Source: an uncultured Thermoleophilaceae bacterium (GTDB taxonomy: Bacteria > Actinomycetota > Thermoleophilia > Solirubrobacterales > Thermoleophilaceae). Taken from it: a stretch of DNA of 64,000 nt. The stretch covers positions 11,063 through 75,062 of the forward strand of contig CAWGSQ010000008.1 in assembly GCA_963825345.1 (NCBI GenBank). Direction: 5' to 3'. Below the pieces are notes generated by a model. The model was not told the DNA's origin, made no database searches, and worked only from the letters and a program-made list of their open reading frames with translations. This document shows positions 18,404 through 28,530 of the stretch, piece after piece. Position numbers and translations under genes: made by a program. How positions within the stretch are numbered: the first letter of the stretch is position 1; each line of letters starts with the position of its first letter.

Positions 18404-19306
18404 ATGCCGGAGATCGTGGCGGACAAGCAGACGTGGGAGTTCCCCGAGGGACACGAGATCGCCCCGGGCAGGACGATCCTGAAACTACTCGGCGGGGGCA
18501 ACCGGTACGAGGTCTACCTCGTTTGGGACGACCGCCTCTTCAGCGTGATGGTGGCCAAGGTCCTGCGTCCGGACCTCGTGGAGGAGGAGTACGCGCTGCG
18601 CGGCCTGCGGCGGGAGATGGAGGCGCTCGAGGCGCTGGCCCATCCCGTGCTCCTGCGCGCCTTCGCGTCTCACATCGAGGGCCCGTACCCGCACGTGGTC
18701 GTGGAGCATCTCGAGGGGCCCACGCTGCGCAGGCTGATCAAGCAGAACGGCGCCCTGCCGGTCGAGCAGACGCTGCCGCTCGGGCTGCACGTGGCTTCCG
18801 TGATCCACTACATGGCCGAGGAGGGCTGGGTCCACCTGGACCTCAAGCCGGACAACCTCGTGATGGGGATCCCACCGAGGGTGATCGACCTGAGCCTCGC
18901 GCGCACGATCGAGCGCGCCCAGCGGCTCACGGACTACATCGGAACGAACGCGTACATGCCTCCCGAGCAGTGCAACCCGCGCGGCGACGTGGGCCCGCCG
19001 GCGGACGTCTGGGGGCTTGGGGCCACGCTCTACCACGCGGTGGCGGGCCGACTTCCCTTCAGGCGCCCGCGCACGCGGGAGGATGGCGCTCCGCTCGAGG
19101 ACCGCTTTCCCCAGCTCGAGGACGAGCCGCGCGCCTGGAGACGGCCGGTGCCGCAGGCCCTGTCGGACGCGATCCTGGCGTGCCTCGAGAAGGACCCCGC
19201 CCAGCGGCCGACCGCGGGTGAGCTGGCGATGATGCTTCAGCCGCTGGTGGCGGAGCTTCCCGCGAAGCTCGTGCTGGGTCGCCGCGGGCCCACCCGGCTG
19301 GGCTGA
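18404..19306 (+). CDS. stand-alone Ser/Thr protein kinase domain protein
   Basis: Gly loop LGGGNRYEVY, VAK lysine, HLDLKPDN catalytic loop, DLS in place of DFG, YMPPE, DVWGLG. There is no TM segment or sensor domain. Confidence 0.8.
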   Translation: MPEIVADKQTWEFPEGHEIAPGRTILKLLGGGNRYEVYLVWDDRLFSVMVAKVLRPDLVEEEYALRGLRREMEALEALAHPVLLRAFASHIEGPYPHVVVEHLEGPTLRRLIKQNGALPVEQTLPLGLHVASVIHYMAEEGWVHLDLKPDNLVMGIPPRVIDLSLARTIERAQRLTDYIGTNAYMPPEQCNPRGDVGPPADVWGLGATLYHAVAGRLPFRRPRTREDGAPLEDRFPQLEDEPRAWRRPVPQALSDAILACLEKDPAQRPTAGELAMMLQPLVAELPAKLVLGRRGPTRLG

Positions 19307-19325
19307 TGCATTCGCGCCAAGGCTC

Positions 19326-19922
19326 GTGAGCTTTGCCTGTCCGCGGTGTTCCAAAGGCATGCAACCACACCCTTCCCACGCATATCTTCGACTTTCCGAG
19401 GGCCCCGAGGACCTTCTCGGCGCCGAGCTGTCGCTGACGCGGCGGCTGCTCACGCTGTTCGTGGCGTTCGTGCTGTTCTCGGGCACGTCCCTGTTCGCCA
19501 CCGCTGCCCTCGACCTGGATCACGGGCTGATCGGCAAGGCCCTGGCGACCAACGCGAAGGCCAGCCATGACGGCGACGACGACAACTCCGGCCCGGGTGG
19601 TGGCGGCGACGATGACGACGATGACGCTGACAGCGACAGCGACTCGAGCACCCACCAGGGCACGGTGCGCGTGAAGGCCGACGATTCGCATTCGGACCAG
19701 AGCCACGACGGCACGACCGACTCGAGCCACGGCCAGCAGGCCACCGACTCGAACTCGGACGACAACGGAAACGGTGCCTCCGACTCGAGCAAGGCCCAGC
19801 AGTCCGACGACTCGAACTCGGACGACAACCATGACGGCAACACGGACTCGAGCCGTGGCGCGTCGGTGAGCATGCGCTCCCACGCCACGAGCGACGGCCG
19901 CGGCGACCACACCCGCGGGTAG
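19326..19922 (+). CDS. membrane-anchored acidic Asp/Ser/Asn-rich repeat protein (hypothetical)
   Basis: One hydrophobic helix (LLTLFVAFVLFSGTSLFATAAL), then a D/S/N-rich tail containing 63-bp tandem repeats. The start codon is uncertain. Confidence 0.5.
   Translation: MSFACPRCSKGMQPHPSHAYLRLSEGPEDLLGAELSLTRRLLTLFVAFVLFSGTSLFATAALDLDHGLIGKALATNAKASHDGDDDNSGPGGGGDDDDDDADSDSDSSTHQGTVRVKADDSHSDQSHDGTTDSSHGQQATDSNSDDNGNGASDSSKAQQSDDSNSDDNHDGNTDSSRGASVSMRSHATSDGRGDHTRG
19719..19859 (+). repeat. 63-bp coding tandem repeat (2 full units plus a partial one)
   Basis: Units start with GACTCGAGC at 19719, 19782 and 19845. They encode DSS(H/K)(G/A)QQ(A/S)(T/D)DSNSDDN-x5. Confidence 0.8.
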
Positions 19923-20011
19923 TCAGCTCGGCAGGACACGCAGATCGGCGAGCGGCCGCGCCCGGATGGCCCGGCCGTCGTCGTTCTAGGCGATCGCTAC
20001 CGCGTCCTCGC

Positions 20012-21217
<1,206 letters not shown>

Positions 21218-21258
21218 TGGGCGGGAGCGTACACTCGCCTCGCGTGGACGAGTTCTCC

Positions 21259-21597
21259 ATGTTCATCTTCTTCGGAGGGCTGGTGGTGATCGGGATCTTC
21301 CTGGCGATCGGGAAGTGGTATCCCGGATCAGGAGCCGAGCAGGTGGACTGGCGCCCCACGCGCTCGCCCGAGGTCGAGGCCGAGCTCGAGATCGACGACG
21401 TGGACCAGATGATCGAGGCTCAGAACGCGCGTCGCCGGGCGAGCGGCCGCGCCGAGATCAGCGAGGACGACGTCCGCGCCCAGGTGGCGGCGGACGAGCG
21501 CTGGCGCCAGGAGCTGCGCCGGCGCGCCCGCGCGGCGGGCGAGCCCCCCGCGCCGGGCCCGCCTCCGGAGGCGGGCCCGCCTCCCGCGGACGACTGA
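21259..21597 (+). CDS. small membrane protein (hypothetical)
   Basis: Track ORF 21217..21597 (TTG) trimmed to the ATG at 21259, giving [23 protein letters not shown] (TM helix). Charged helical middle and a Pro-rich tail. Confidence 0.5.
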   Translation: MFIFFGGLVVIGIFLAIGKWYPGSGAEQVDWRPTRSPEVEAELEIDDVDQMIEAQNARRRASGRAEISEDDVRAQVAADERWRQELRRRARAAGEPPAPGPPPEAGPPPADD

Positions 21598-21598
21598 C

Positions 21599-22078
21599 GT
21601 GGCCAGGGTTCTGATCGTCGGCTGCGGCTGCCGCGGCAGCTCGCTCGGTGCCGCTCTTCGCGCCTCCGGGCACGCGGTGCGAGGGACGACCCGGTCTCCG
21701 GGACGGCTTTCGGAGCTGGAGACGGCGGGCGTCGAGGGAGTGGTTGCGGATCCGGATCGGCTTGGCACCCTGGTCCCCGCGCTGGCTGGGGTGACGGTGG
21801 TGTGCTGGCTGATGGGCAGCGCCGCGGACTCGCCCGCGGTCCACGGCCCGCGGCTCCGTTCGCTGATGGAGCACCTGGTGGACACGCCGGTGCGCGGCCT
21901 GGTCTACGAGGCGGCCGGCCCCGCGGACGCGGCATTGCTCACCGAGGGTGCCTCGATCGTTCGCGAGGCGTCACACACCTGGCACATGCCGGTGGAGATC
22001 GTCAGCACAGACCCCGCGGCGCACGAGGACTGGCTCGAAGCGATGACTGCGGCGGTCGAGCGGCTCTTTGGGCCCTAG
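21599..22078 (+). CDS. short NAD(P)-binding Rossmann-fold protein
   Basis: GTG start. RVLIVGCGCRGSSLGAAL is a glycine-rich dinucleotide motif. 159 aa. Confidence 0.55.
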   Translation: MARVLIVGCGCRGSSLGAALRASGHAVRGTTRSPGRLSELETAGVEGVVADPDRLGTLVPALAGVTVVCWLMGSAADSPAVHGPRLRSLMEHLVDTPVRGLVYEAAGPADAALLTEGASIVREASHTWHMPVEIVSTDPAAHEDWLEAMTAAVERLFGP

Positions 22079-22833
22079 AGGTGGGCGCCCAGGGCGCCGG
22101 CCACGATGAGGACGATCGACGCGACCGTGAGGATCACGGCGATGGCGATCATCGCGTTCCAGGAGACGGCCGCGGCGAGCTGGCGCCGGGTGCGGACGGT
22201 CACGAGGACCTCCGCCGCCGCCGCGATCTGATCCGACGTGGGCGCGGCCGCGGGCTGAGCAGGCTCGAGCGGAGCGATCTCGGCCGGAGCGACCTCCGGC
22301 GGAGCATCCGCTGTCGGTGCCCCGTCTTCCAGGTCCGTGGGCGGAACGGCGGTCAACGGCGCGTCCCCCGCTGGCGGGGCGGGAATCGGGCGCGCCGGTG
22401 CGATTCCTGCGAGCAGCGCGTCCGTGGCCTGCACCAGGCGGCGCTCGTGCTCCACGCAGCGCGGGCAGTTGCGCAAGTGGACGTCGAGGCGGCGGCGGCC
22501 GGGCTCGCCGACCACGCCGTCGAGCCGGTCGGAGATCAGGCCCTCGGCCCGCTCGCACCAGCCGCTGCCCGACAGTGGTGTGAGCGTCTGCCGGAGCTCC
22601 TTCCGGGCGGCCGCCAGCAGCGGCCCGAGCTCCTGTTCCTCGATGTCGAGCAGTTCCGCCACCTCTGGCCGCGGACGGTCGGCGAGTGCCACCAACGCGA
22701 GCGCGCGGACTTCCAGCGGCTCCAGCGCCGGCAGCGCGGCCGCGACCTCGCGGACGGCCGCCGCGGGATCGACGGGACCGGCGGGTCGGGCGGGCACTGG
22801 TCGCAGCGGCGCGCGCTCCATGGGCTCGACCAC
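22075..22833 (-). CDS. membrane-anchored anti-sigma-like protein: sigma-70 region-4 HTH fused to a zf-HC2 (ZAS) domain
   Basis: The N-terminal LEPLEVRALALVALADRPRPEVAELLDIEEQELGPLLAAARKELRQ looks like sigma region 4. The HLRNCPRC H-x3-C-x2-C motif follows. Then a Pro/Ala linker and the C-terminal TM helix WNAMIAIAVILTVASIVLIVAGAL. Confidence 0.65.
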   Translation of the reverse strand: MVEPMERAPLRPVPARPAGPVDPAAAVREVAAALPALEPLEVRALALVALADRPRPEVAELLDIEEQELGPLLAAARKELRQTLTPLSGSGWCERAEGLISDRLDGVVGEPGRRRLDVHLRNCPRCVEHERRLVQATDALLAGIAPARPIPAPPAGDAPLTAVPPTDLEDGAPTADAPPEVAPAEIAPLEPAQPAAAPTSDQIAAAAEVLVTVRTRRQLAAAVSWNAMIAIAVILTVASIVLIVAGALGAHL

Positions 22834-22904
22834 AATAGCCCTCAGCCGGGCATCGAGCTTCGGTACGGTAAACCCGACCAGCTTTCAGGAGAATTGGAGG
22901 GACC

Positions 22905-23747
22905 GTGGCGGACTACGCCAAGGACGTGCTCGTGGACACGCAGTGGGTGGAGGACCACCTGAACGACGACTCCATCCGGGTCGTCGAGGTCGACGAGAAC
23001 CCGGCGCTCTACGCCGAGGCGCACATTCCGGGAGCCATCGGCTTCGATTGGAAGAAGGACCTTCAGGACCAGGTCAAGCGCGACTTCCTGGGCCCGGCCG
23101 AGTTCGGCGAGCTGTTCGGCAGCCGCGGAGTCTCGAACGACCACACGATCGTCCTCTACGGCGATCGCAACAACTGGTTCGCCGCCTACACCTACTGGTA
23201 CCTCAAGTACTACGGGCACGACAACGTGAAGCTGATGAACGGCCCCCGCGAGAAATGGATCTCGGAGGGGCGGCCCACGTCGAGAGACGTGCCGAGCTTC
23301 GAGTCGCAGCAGTTCTCGGCCCAGGAGGGCGACCCCGCGATCCGGGCCATGCGCGACGAGGTCCGCGACGCACTCGACAGCAGCACGCGCCTGGTGGACG
23401 TCCGCTCGCCGCAGGAGTACTCGGGCGAGCTGATCGCCATGGCCGGATACGAGCAGGAGGGCGCGCAGCGCGCCGGGCACATCCCGGGCGCAGCCTCGGT
23501 GCCGTGGGCGCAGGCCGTTCAGGAGGACGGCACGTTCAAGCCGGCCGACGAGCTCAGCGAGCTCTACGGCAACAAGGGCGTGACCGACGGCAACCCGATC
23601 ATCGCGTACTGCCGCATCGGCGAGCGCTCGGCGCACACCTGGTTCGTGCTGCACGAGCTGCTCGGCCACGACGACGTGAAGAACTACGACGGCTCGTGGA
23701 CCGAGTGGGGCAACATGGTCGCCGTGCCGATCGAGAAGGACGTCTAG
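22905..23747 (+). CDS. sseA: thiosulfate/3-mercaptopyruvate sulfurtransferase (tandem rhodanese)
   Basis: 280 aa. The HIPGAIGFDW motif, two rhodanese domains and the active-site loop YCRIGERSAH. Confidence 0.85.
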   Translation: MADYAKDVLVDTQWVEDHLNDDSIRVVEVDENPALYAEAHIPGAIGFDWKKDLQDQVKRDFLGPAEFGELFGSRGVSNDHTIVLYGDRNNWFAAYTYWYLKYYGHDNVKLMNGPREKWISEGRPTSRDVPSFESQQFSAQEGDPAIRAMRDEVRDALDSSTRLVDVRSPQEYSGELIAMAGYEQEGAQRAGHIPGAASVPWAQAVQEDGTFKPADELSELYGNKGVTDGNPIIAYCRIGERSAHTWFVLHELLGHDDVKNYDGSWTEWGNMVAVPIEKDV

Positions 23748-24247
23748 AGCAGAGGGCGGAGCGCCTTCAGGAGCGACTGCACGATCCGTGCGGTCGCTCC
23801 CCACACGAGGGTCCCGTCCACCGTGTAGGTGGGCGTCTTAATCGGCACGCCCTTTCGGATCAGCCGCTGCATCTCGTATCCCCTGACAAGGTCGGCGAGG
23901 GCGAACTCGAGCACCTGCTCGACCTCGGTGGCCTGCGGGCGCCACGTCTGGCCGGGCTCGATCAGGCCCACGAAGGGGAAGATCCGATAGCCGGTCACGA
24001 AGGTGCCGACCGGCGGCAACGCCCCCACCAGTTCCACGGCGGACGGGTCGAGGCCGATCTCCTCGTGCGCCTCGCGCAGGGCGGTCTCGCGCAGGTCCTC
24101 CTCGGGATGGTCCTGGCGCCCTCCGGGGAACGAGATCTCACCGGCGTGACGGCTCAGGTCGGCCCGCCGCTCGGTGAACACGGCGGTGAGCGGCTCGCGG
24201 TAGAGCGGTACCAACACGGCGGCGTCCTTGTGGCCCGGCGCGTCCAT
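23744..24247 (-). CDS. NUDIX hydrolase (CoA pyrophosphatase type)
   Basis: Track ORF trimmed to the ATG at 24245-24247 (MDAPGHKDAAVLVPL). Nudix box GGRQDHPEEDLRETALREAHEEIGL. An ATG at 24322 is an alternative start. Confidence 0.75.
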   Translation of the reverse strand: MDAPGHKDAAVLVPLYREPLTAVFTERRADLSRHAGEISFPGGRQDHPEEDLRETALREAHEEIGLDPSAVELVGALPPVGTFVTGYRIFPFVGLIEPGQTWRPQATEVEQVLEFALADLVRGYEMQRLIRKGVPIKTPTYTVDGTLVWGATARIVQSLLKALRPLL

Positions 24248-24305
24248 CGCCGCGGCCTCTTCGGGGGTGAGGAGGTACTCCCGCACCGCCCTATTATCGA
24301 AGCCC

Positions 24306-24845
24306 GTGGCCGAGGCGCTCATCATCGTCGACTTCCAGAACGACTTCACCCCCGGCGGAGCGCTGGCGGTGCGCGAGGGCGACCGCATCGCGGAGCGCGT
24401 GAACGAGCTGGCCGCCGACCCACGCTTCGAGCTCGTGGTGGCCACGCGCGACTGGCATCCACCGGACCACGGCTCCTTCGAGGAGCGCGGCGGGCCGTGG
24501 CCGGTGCACTGCGTGCAGGACACCGACGGCGCCCAGCTTCATCCGTCGCTCCAGCAGAAGAACGTGGACGTGGTGATCGACAAGGGCACCGACCCGGACA
24601 CCGAGGGCTACTCCGGCTTCGACGGCACCACGCTCGGGGAGCTGCTCGAGGAGCGGGGCATCGACAGGGTGACCGTGGTGGGCCTTGCCACCGACTACTG
24701 CGTGAAGAACACCGCGCTCGACGCACTGCGCCAGGGGCTGGGCGTGACGGTGGACAGCGACGCCGTGCGCGGCGTGGAGGTGAACGACGGCGACTCGGAG
24801 CGCGCCCTCGACGAGCTCCGCGCGGCTGGAGCGACGGTCGAGTGA
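24306..24845 (+). CDS. pncA: nicotinamidase/pyrazinamidase (isochorismatase family)
   Basis: Trimmed to the in-frame GTG at 24306 (VAEALIIVDFQNDF). DWHPPDHGSF metal site. GLATDYCV catalytic Cys. Confidence 0.8.
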   Translation: MAEALIIVDFQNDFTPGGALAVREGDRIAERVNELAADPRFELVVATRDWHPPDHGSFEERGGPWPVHCVQDTDGAQLHPSLQQKNVDVVIDKGTDPDTEGYSGFDGTTLGELLEERGIDRVTVVGLATDYCVKNTALDALRQGLGVTVDSDAVRGVEVNDGDSERALDELRAAGATVE

Positions 24846-25609
24846 ACCTGCTCGAGCGCGTATTCGAGTCGATGTTCCATTGGTATCGCCTTGTGGGCGG
24901 CGCCTCCGAGGGCGCGCGGTCATTCGAGCGCGACGGCGTGCTCGCGTCCGTGGTGCCCGCGGTGCCGGAGCGGTCTGTGGTGAACGCGGTTCTCTACCGA
25001 GAGGCCGACGGGCTCGAGACCGCCTACGACGAGCTGGCTGCCGCGTATGACGAGATCGGCGCGAAGTGGACCGTCTGGGTCCGGCCGGGCGATGACGCCG
25101 CGGCCGGGTTGCTCGAGGGGCGCGGGCACCAGCTCGACGGCCAGCCGTGGGCCATGGGCTGTCGGCTGGATGGAGTGGAGCGCCCGCCGGCCGGCGCGCT
25201 CGCAGACTGGACCGCCGAGGGCTCGCTCGCCGATGTGGGCGACATCAACGACCGCTCCTACACCTTCGGCACCGACTCGTTCTCGCGCGCGCTGAGGACG
25301 CTGCCGGACGGTGCCGCGCACGTGTACGTGACGCGCGATGGCGGCGCCCCCGTCGGCTGCCTCCTCGTCCTGGACCACGCGGGCAACAGCGAGATCCAGA
25401 TGGTGGCGGTGGTGCCCGAGGCTCGCGGCGGGGGCATCACGAGCAAGCTTCTGGGCCATGCGCTCGCCGACGCCTGCGAGCGTGGCAGCGAGACCGCCAC
25501 CCTGATCGCCACGCCGGCCGGCTACCCGGTCTACGAGCGCGCCGGGTTCGAGCCGCTCGAGCGCGTGTCGATGTGGGAGCGCAGCGGGGTAGCCGCGAGC
25601 GCCGCCTAG
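24842..25609 (+). CDS. GNAT-family N-acetyltransferase
   Basis: GTG at 24842 overlaps the pncA stop (GTGA). It is the C-terminal part of the spurious 1090-aa track ORF. The acetyl-CoA loop VVPEARGGGITSKLLGHAL is present. Confidence 0.7.
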   Translation: MNLLERVFESMFHWYRLVGGASEGARSFERDGVLASVVPAVPERSVVNAVLYREADGLETAYDELAAAYDEIGAKWTVWVRPGDDAAAGLLEGRGHQLDGQPWAMGCRLDGVERPPAGALADWTAEGSLADVGDINDRSYTFGTDSFSRALRTLPDGAAHVYVTRDGGAPVGCLLVLDHAGNSEIQMVAVVPEARGGGITSKLLGHALADACERGSETATLIATPAGYPVYERAGFEPLERVSMWERSGVAASAA

Positions 25610-26001
25610 ACCAGCTCGACGTCCTCCTCGAACATGACCTCGCCCTCGAGCACCCTGTGCACAGGGCACTTCGCGCCGATCTGCATGAGGCGCTCGCGCT
25701 GGTCCTCGGGCAGCTCCTTCGGGAAGTCGACGGTCATGCGGAAACGCGTGGGGGAACCGCGCTGAGCCGGCTCGTACTCCACGTGCACCGCGACGTCCCC
25801 GACGTCCCAGCCCTTGCGCTTGGCGTACATCTCCATGGTGATCGCGGTGCAGGAGGCGAGGCTCGCGGCGAGCAGCTCCTGCGGGCTCGGGCCTGAATCG
25901 TCGCCGCCCTGATCCTTCGGCTCGTCGGCCGTGACCGTGTGATGACGGATCTCAACCGAGTTGCTGAGCTTGCCCTCGTCGCGTCGTGCGGTTGCTCTCA
26001 T
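25606..26001 (-). CDS. OsmC-family peroxiredoxin-like protein
   Basis: 131 aa. GPSPQELLAASLASCTAITM and GAKCPVHRVL are the two conserved OsmC Cys motifs. Confidence 0.8.
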   Translation of the reverse strand: MRATARRDEGKLSNSVEIRHHTVTADEPKDQGGDDSGPSPQELLAASLASCTAITMEMYAKRKGWDVGDVAVHVEYEPAQRGSPTRFRMTVDFPKELPEDQRERLMQIGAKCPVHRVLEGEVMFEEDVELV

Positions 26002-26552
26002 CCTCTCCCCTCGAACAGCTCAGGCTCAGGCTCATCGGCGAACCGCGCCATCGCGTAGACGGCGTCGGACAACCGGTTCAGGTACGTCAGAACGATGTCG
26101 TCGGCCAGGTCTCCGCCGTGCTTCAGGGCCGCTACCCGGCGCTCGGCCCTGCGTACCGCGGCGCGGGCCACGTCGAGGCGCGCGGACAGCTCGGTTCCGC
26201 CCGGGATCACGAACTTCGGCGGCAGCTCGACCCGGTCCATGTAGCGGTCGATGTCCGACTCGAGCCGCTCGACCATGTCCGGCGTGACCTTCGAGACGCC
26301 GGCCTCGAGGCGTCCGGCGGCCTCCGGAGCGGTGGCGAGCTCGGCGCCAGCGACGAACAGCTCGTTCTGGAAGCGCAGGATGTCGTTGTAGAGCTCGCCG
26401 CCGCGGTCGGCCGCGGCGCGTGCGAGCCCGAGCGCCGAGGCGGCCTCGTCCACCGAGCCGTAGGCCTCGGGGCGGCCGGCGAACTTCTCGACCCGGCCTC
26501 CGTACCAGAGCCCCGTGGTGCCGTCGTCGCCCTTGCGCGTATAGATCTTCAC
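25998..26552 (-). CDS. ATP:cob(I)alamin adenosyltransferase, PduO type
   Basis: MKIYTRKGDDGTTGL... is the canonical PduO-type N-terminus. 184 aa. Confidence 0.85.
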   Translation of the reverse strand: MKIYTRKGDDGTTGLWYGGRVEKFAGRPEAYGSVDEAASALGLARAAADRGGELYNDILRFQNELFVAGAELATAPEAAGRLEAGVSKVTPDMVERLESDIDRYMDRVELPPKFVIPGGTELSARLDVARAAVRRAERRVAALKHGGDLADDIVLTYLNRLSDAVYAMARFADEPEPELFEGRG

Positions 26553-27802
26553 GCGAGGGGATTGAACACGAGGCCCGTAGGGACCTTCGGGAAGAAGTAC
26601 GTGGACTTGGGCGGCATCGACTCGCCGGCCTCGGCCACCTCGCGCACCTGCTCGACCGGCGTGGCCCGCATGAAGAATCCCGCGTCCGCCGCCCCGGACT
26701 CCACACGCTCGATGGCGTCGTCCAGGTTCTTCGAGTAGTCGAGGCCGCGCAGGTGTGAGATGTCGTCCTCGCTCATGCCGAGCGCGCCGCGCAGCACCAG
26801 CGCCTCGAGAACGGCCGTGTCGAGCCTGCGGTACGGCTCGGGCATGCCGACGAGCGCCTCGTCGGCGATCTTCTGGTCCTTCAGCGTGAGACGGAAGGGC
26901 CGTTTGAGGAAGCTGTCCATGTAACCGAACGCCACGCGGCCGTTGTCGGGGGGCGGTTCGAGCTCGCGCGCGTCCTCGAGCGTCTCGATCTCGAAGTCGC
27001 GCCGGGCAACGTCGCGGATCGCCTCCTGCTTCTCGCTGTCGTCCTTCAGGCCCGAGAGCATCCGGTGCGTTGGGAAGATCAAGAGGCCCGGGTCGTCGAG
27101 CGCCACGAGGAACATCAGCACGTAGCGGTGGTCCCCCTCGCCGCCCAGCTCGTCCGCATACACGCGCGCGGTCTCGTAGCGGTGGTGCCCGTCCGCGATC
27201 AGCAGCTCGGCGTCCGCGAGCGCGGCCTGGAACGCTGCGATCTGCTCAGGATCGGCCACGCGCCAGAGCGTGTTGCGAGTGCCCTCGCCGTCGGTCGCCT
27301 CGGCGAACGGCTCGCCGCCCATGGCCTGGGCCAGTGTCTCCGTGGCGGCGCCGCCCATGTCCGGGAAGAGGCTGAAGATGGGGGAGAGGTTCGCGCGCGT
27401 GGCGCGCGTGAGCCTGAGCCGGTCCTCCTTGGGACCCGGATGGGTGCGCTCGTGCGGCCGGATCCGGCCTGCGCCGTAGTCCTCCACACGCACGCGCGCG
27501 AAGAATCCGCTGCGCGAGCGGGCGCTGCCATCCGGCGCGGTGTAGTCCTGCCGCAGGGCCCAGATGGCAGGCTCGTCCTCCTGCACGAGAACCCCGCTCT
27601 GGCGCCACTCGCCCAGGGTCTGGGCAGCCGCTTCGTAGCTCGCGGGGAGATCCAGCTCGACCACGTTGTGCGGATTCCTCGCGGCGAGCTCCGCCCGCCC
27701 CTCGTCATCGATCACGTCGTACGGCGGCGCGATCAGGTCCTCGAGCGGGCCCGCGACATCGGGGTCGTAGCGAAGGGTCTTGAGCGGCTGGATATCTGCC
27801 AT
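26549..27802 (-). CDS. DUF1015 domain protein
   Basis: 417 aa. The N-terminus MADIQPLKTLRYDP...IAPPYDVI and ADGHHRYETA are motifs I associate with DUF1015. Confidence 0.8.
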   Translation of the reverse strand: MADIQPLKTLRYDPDVAGPLEDLIAPPYDVIDDEGRAELAARNPHNVVELDLPASYEAAAQTLGEWRQSGVLVQEDEPAIWALRQDYTAPDGSARSRSGFFARVRVEDYGAGRIRPHERTHPGPKEDRLRLTRATRANLSPIFSLFPDMGGAATETLAQAMGGEPFAEATDGEGTRNTLWRVADPEQIAAFQAALADAELLIADGHHRYETARVYADELGGEGDHRYVLMFLVALDDPGLLIFPTHRMLSGLKDDSEKQEAIRDVARRDFEIETLEDARELEPPPDNGRVAFGYMDSFLKRPFRLTLKDQKIADEALVGMPEPYRRLDTAVLEALVLRGALGMSEDDISHLRGLDYSKNLDDAIERVESGAADAGFFMRATPVEQVREVAEAGESMPPKSTYFFPKVPTGLVFNPLA

Positions 27803-27882
27803 CGGCGCGCCACCCTAGCGCGCTCTTGCATCCGATCCGCCAGGGGGCGATGATCGGCACAGCCCCGATCGAAGGAGTGGTA

Positions 27883-28530
27883 ATGGCCACCACTGAGACG
27901 AGCGCTGAGGCGACTACTCAGGGCTACCAGCTCGAGGGCAGTCTGCTGGAGGTCTGCAACTGCGAGACGCTCTGCCCCTGCTGGATCGGCGACGACCCGG
28001 ACAATGGATTCTGCGAGTCCGTGGTCGCGTACAACTTCACGAGCGGGAACATCCGCGGCGTGGACGTGGGAGGCCTCACGCTCGTGAGCGTTGTGCACAT
28101 CCCCGGCAACATCCTCGAAGGGAACTGGCGCCAGGTCGTGCTGGTGGACGACAGGGCCTCCGACGACCAGATGGAGGCGCTGCTCGACTGCTTCAGCGGC
28201 AAGCTCGGAGGGCCGATCGCGGATCTCGCGAGCCTCGTCGGCGAGCGCGTGGGGGTGGAGCGGGCGAGCATCGACCATTCGATCGTCGACGGCGCTGGCA
28301 CGTTGCGCGTGGGCGACAAGATCGACTGCTCCATGCACCCGTACCGTGGCCCCGACGGCAGCATCACGACCCTCAACAACTCGATCTTCTCGACAGTGCC
28401 GGGCTCGCCCGCGTACGTCGCGAGGGCCGACCACCAGAAGGTCAGCATGCCCGAGCACGGCTACGAGTGGGAGCTCGAGGGCAAGAACGCGATCCAGTCC
28501 GACTGGAAGATCGACTACCGAGGCGAATGA
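27883..28530 (+). CDS. DUF1326 domain protein
   Basis: ATG at 27883 is preceded by GAAGGAG (27871-27877). The Cys cluster LLEVCNCETLCPCW is typical of DUF1326. Confidence 0.75.
   Translation: MATTETSAEATTQGYQLEGSLLEVCNCETLCPCWIGDDPDNGFCESVVAYNFTSGNIRGVDVGGLTLVSVVHIPGNILEGNWRQVVLVDDRASDDQMEALLDCFSGKLGGPIADLASLVGERVGVERASIDHSIVDGAGTLRVGDKIDCSMHPYRGPDGSITTLNNSIFSTVPGSPAYVARADHQKVSMPEHGYEWELEGKNAIQSDWKIDYRGE

Noticed and set aside
22337-25609. 1090-aa plus-strand ORF spanning the anti-sigma, rhodanese, NUDIX, pncA and GNAT regions.
   Set aside because: Only its last 255 codons (from GTG 24842) form a recognisable GNAT protein. The rest is Arg/Pro-rich junk overlapping four well-supported genes in other frames or on the other strand.
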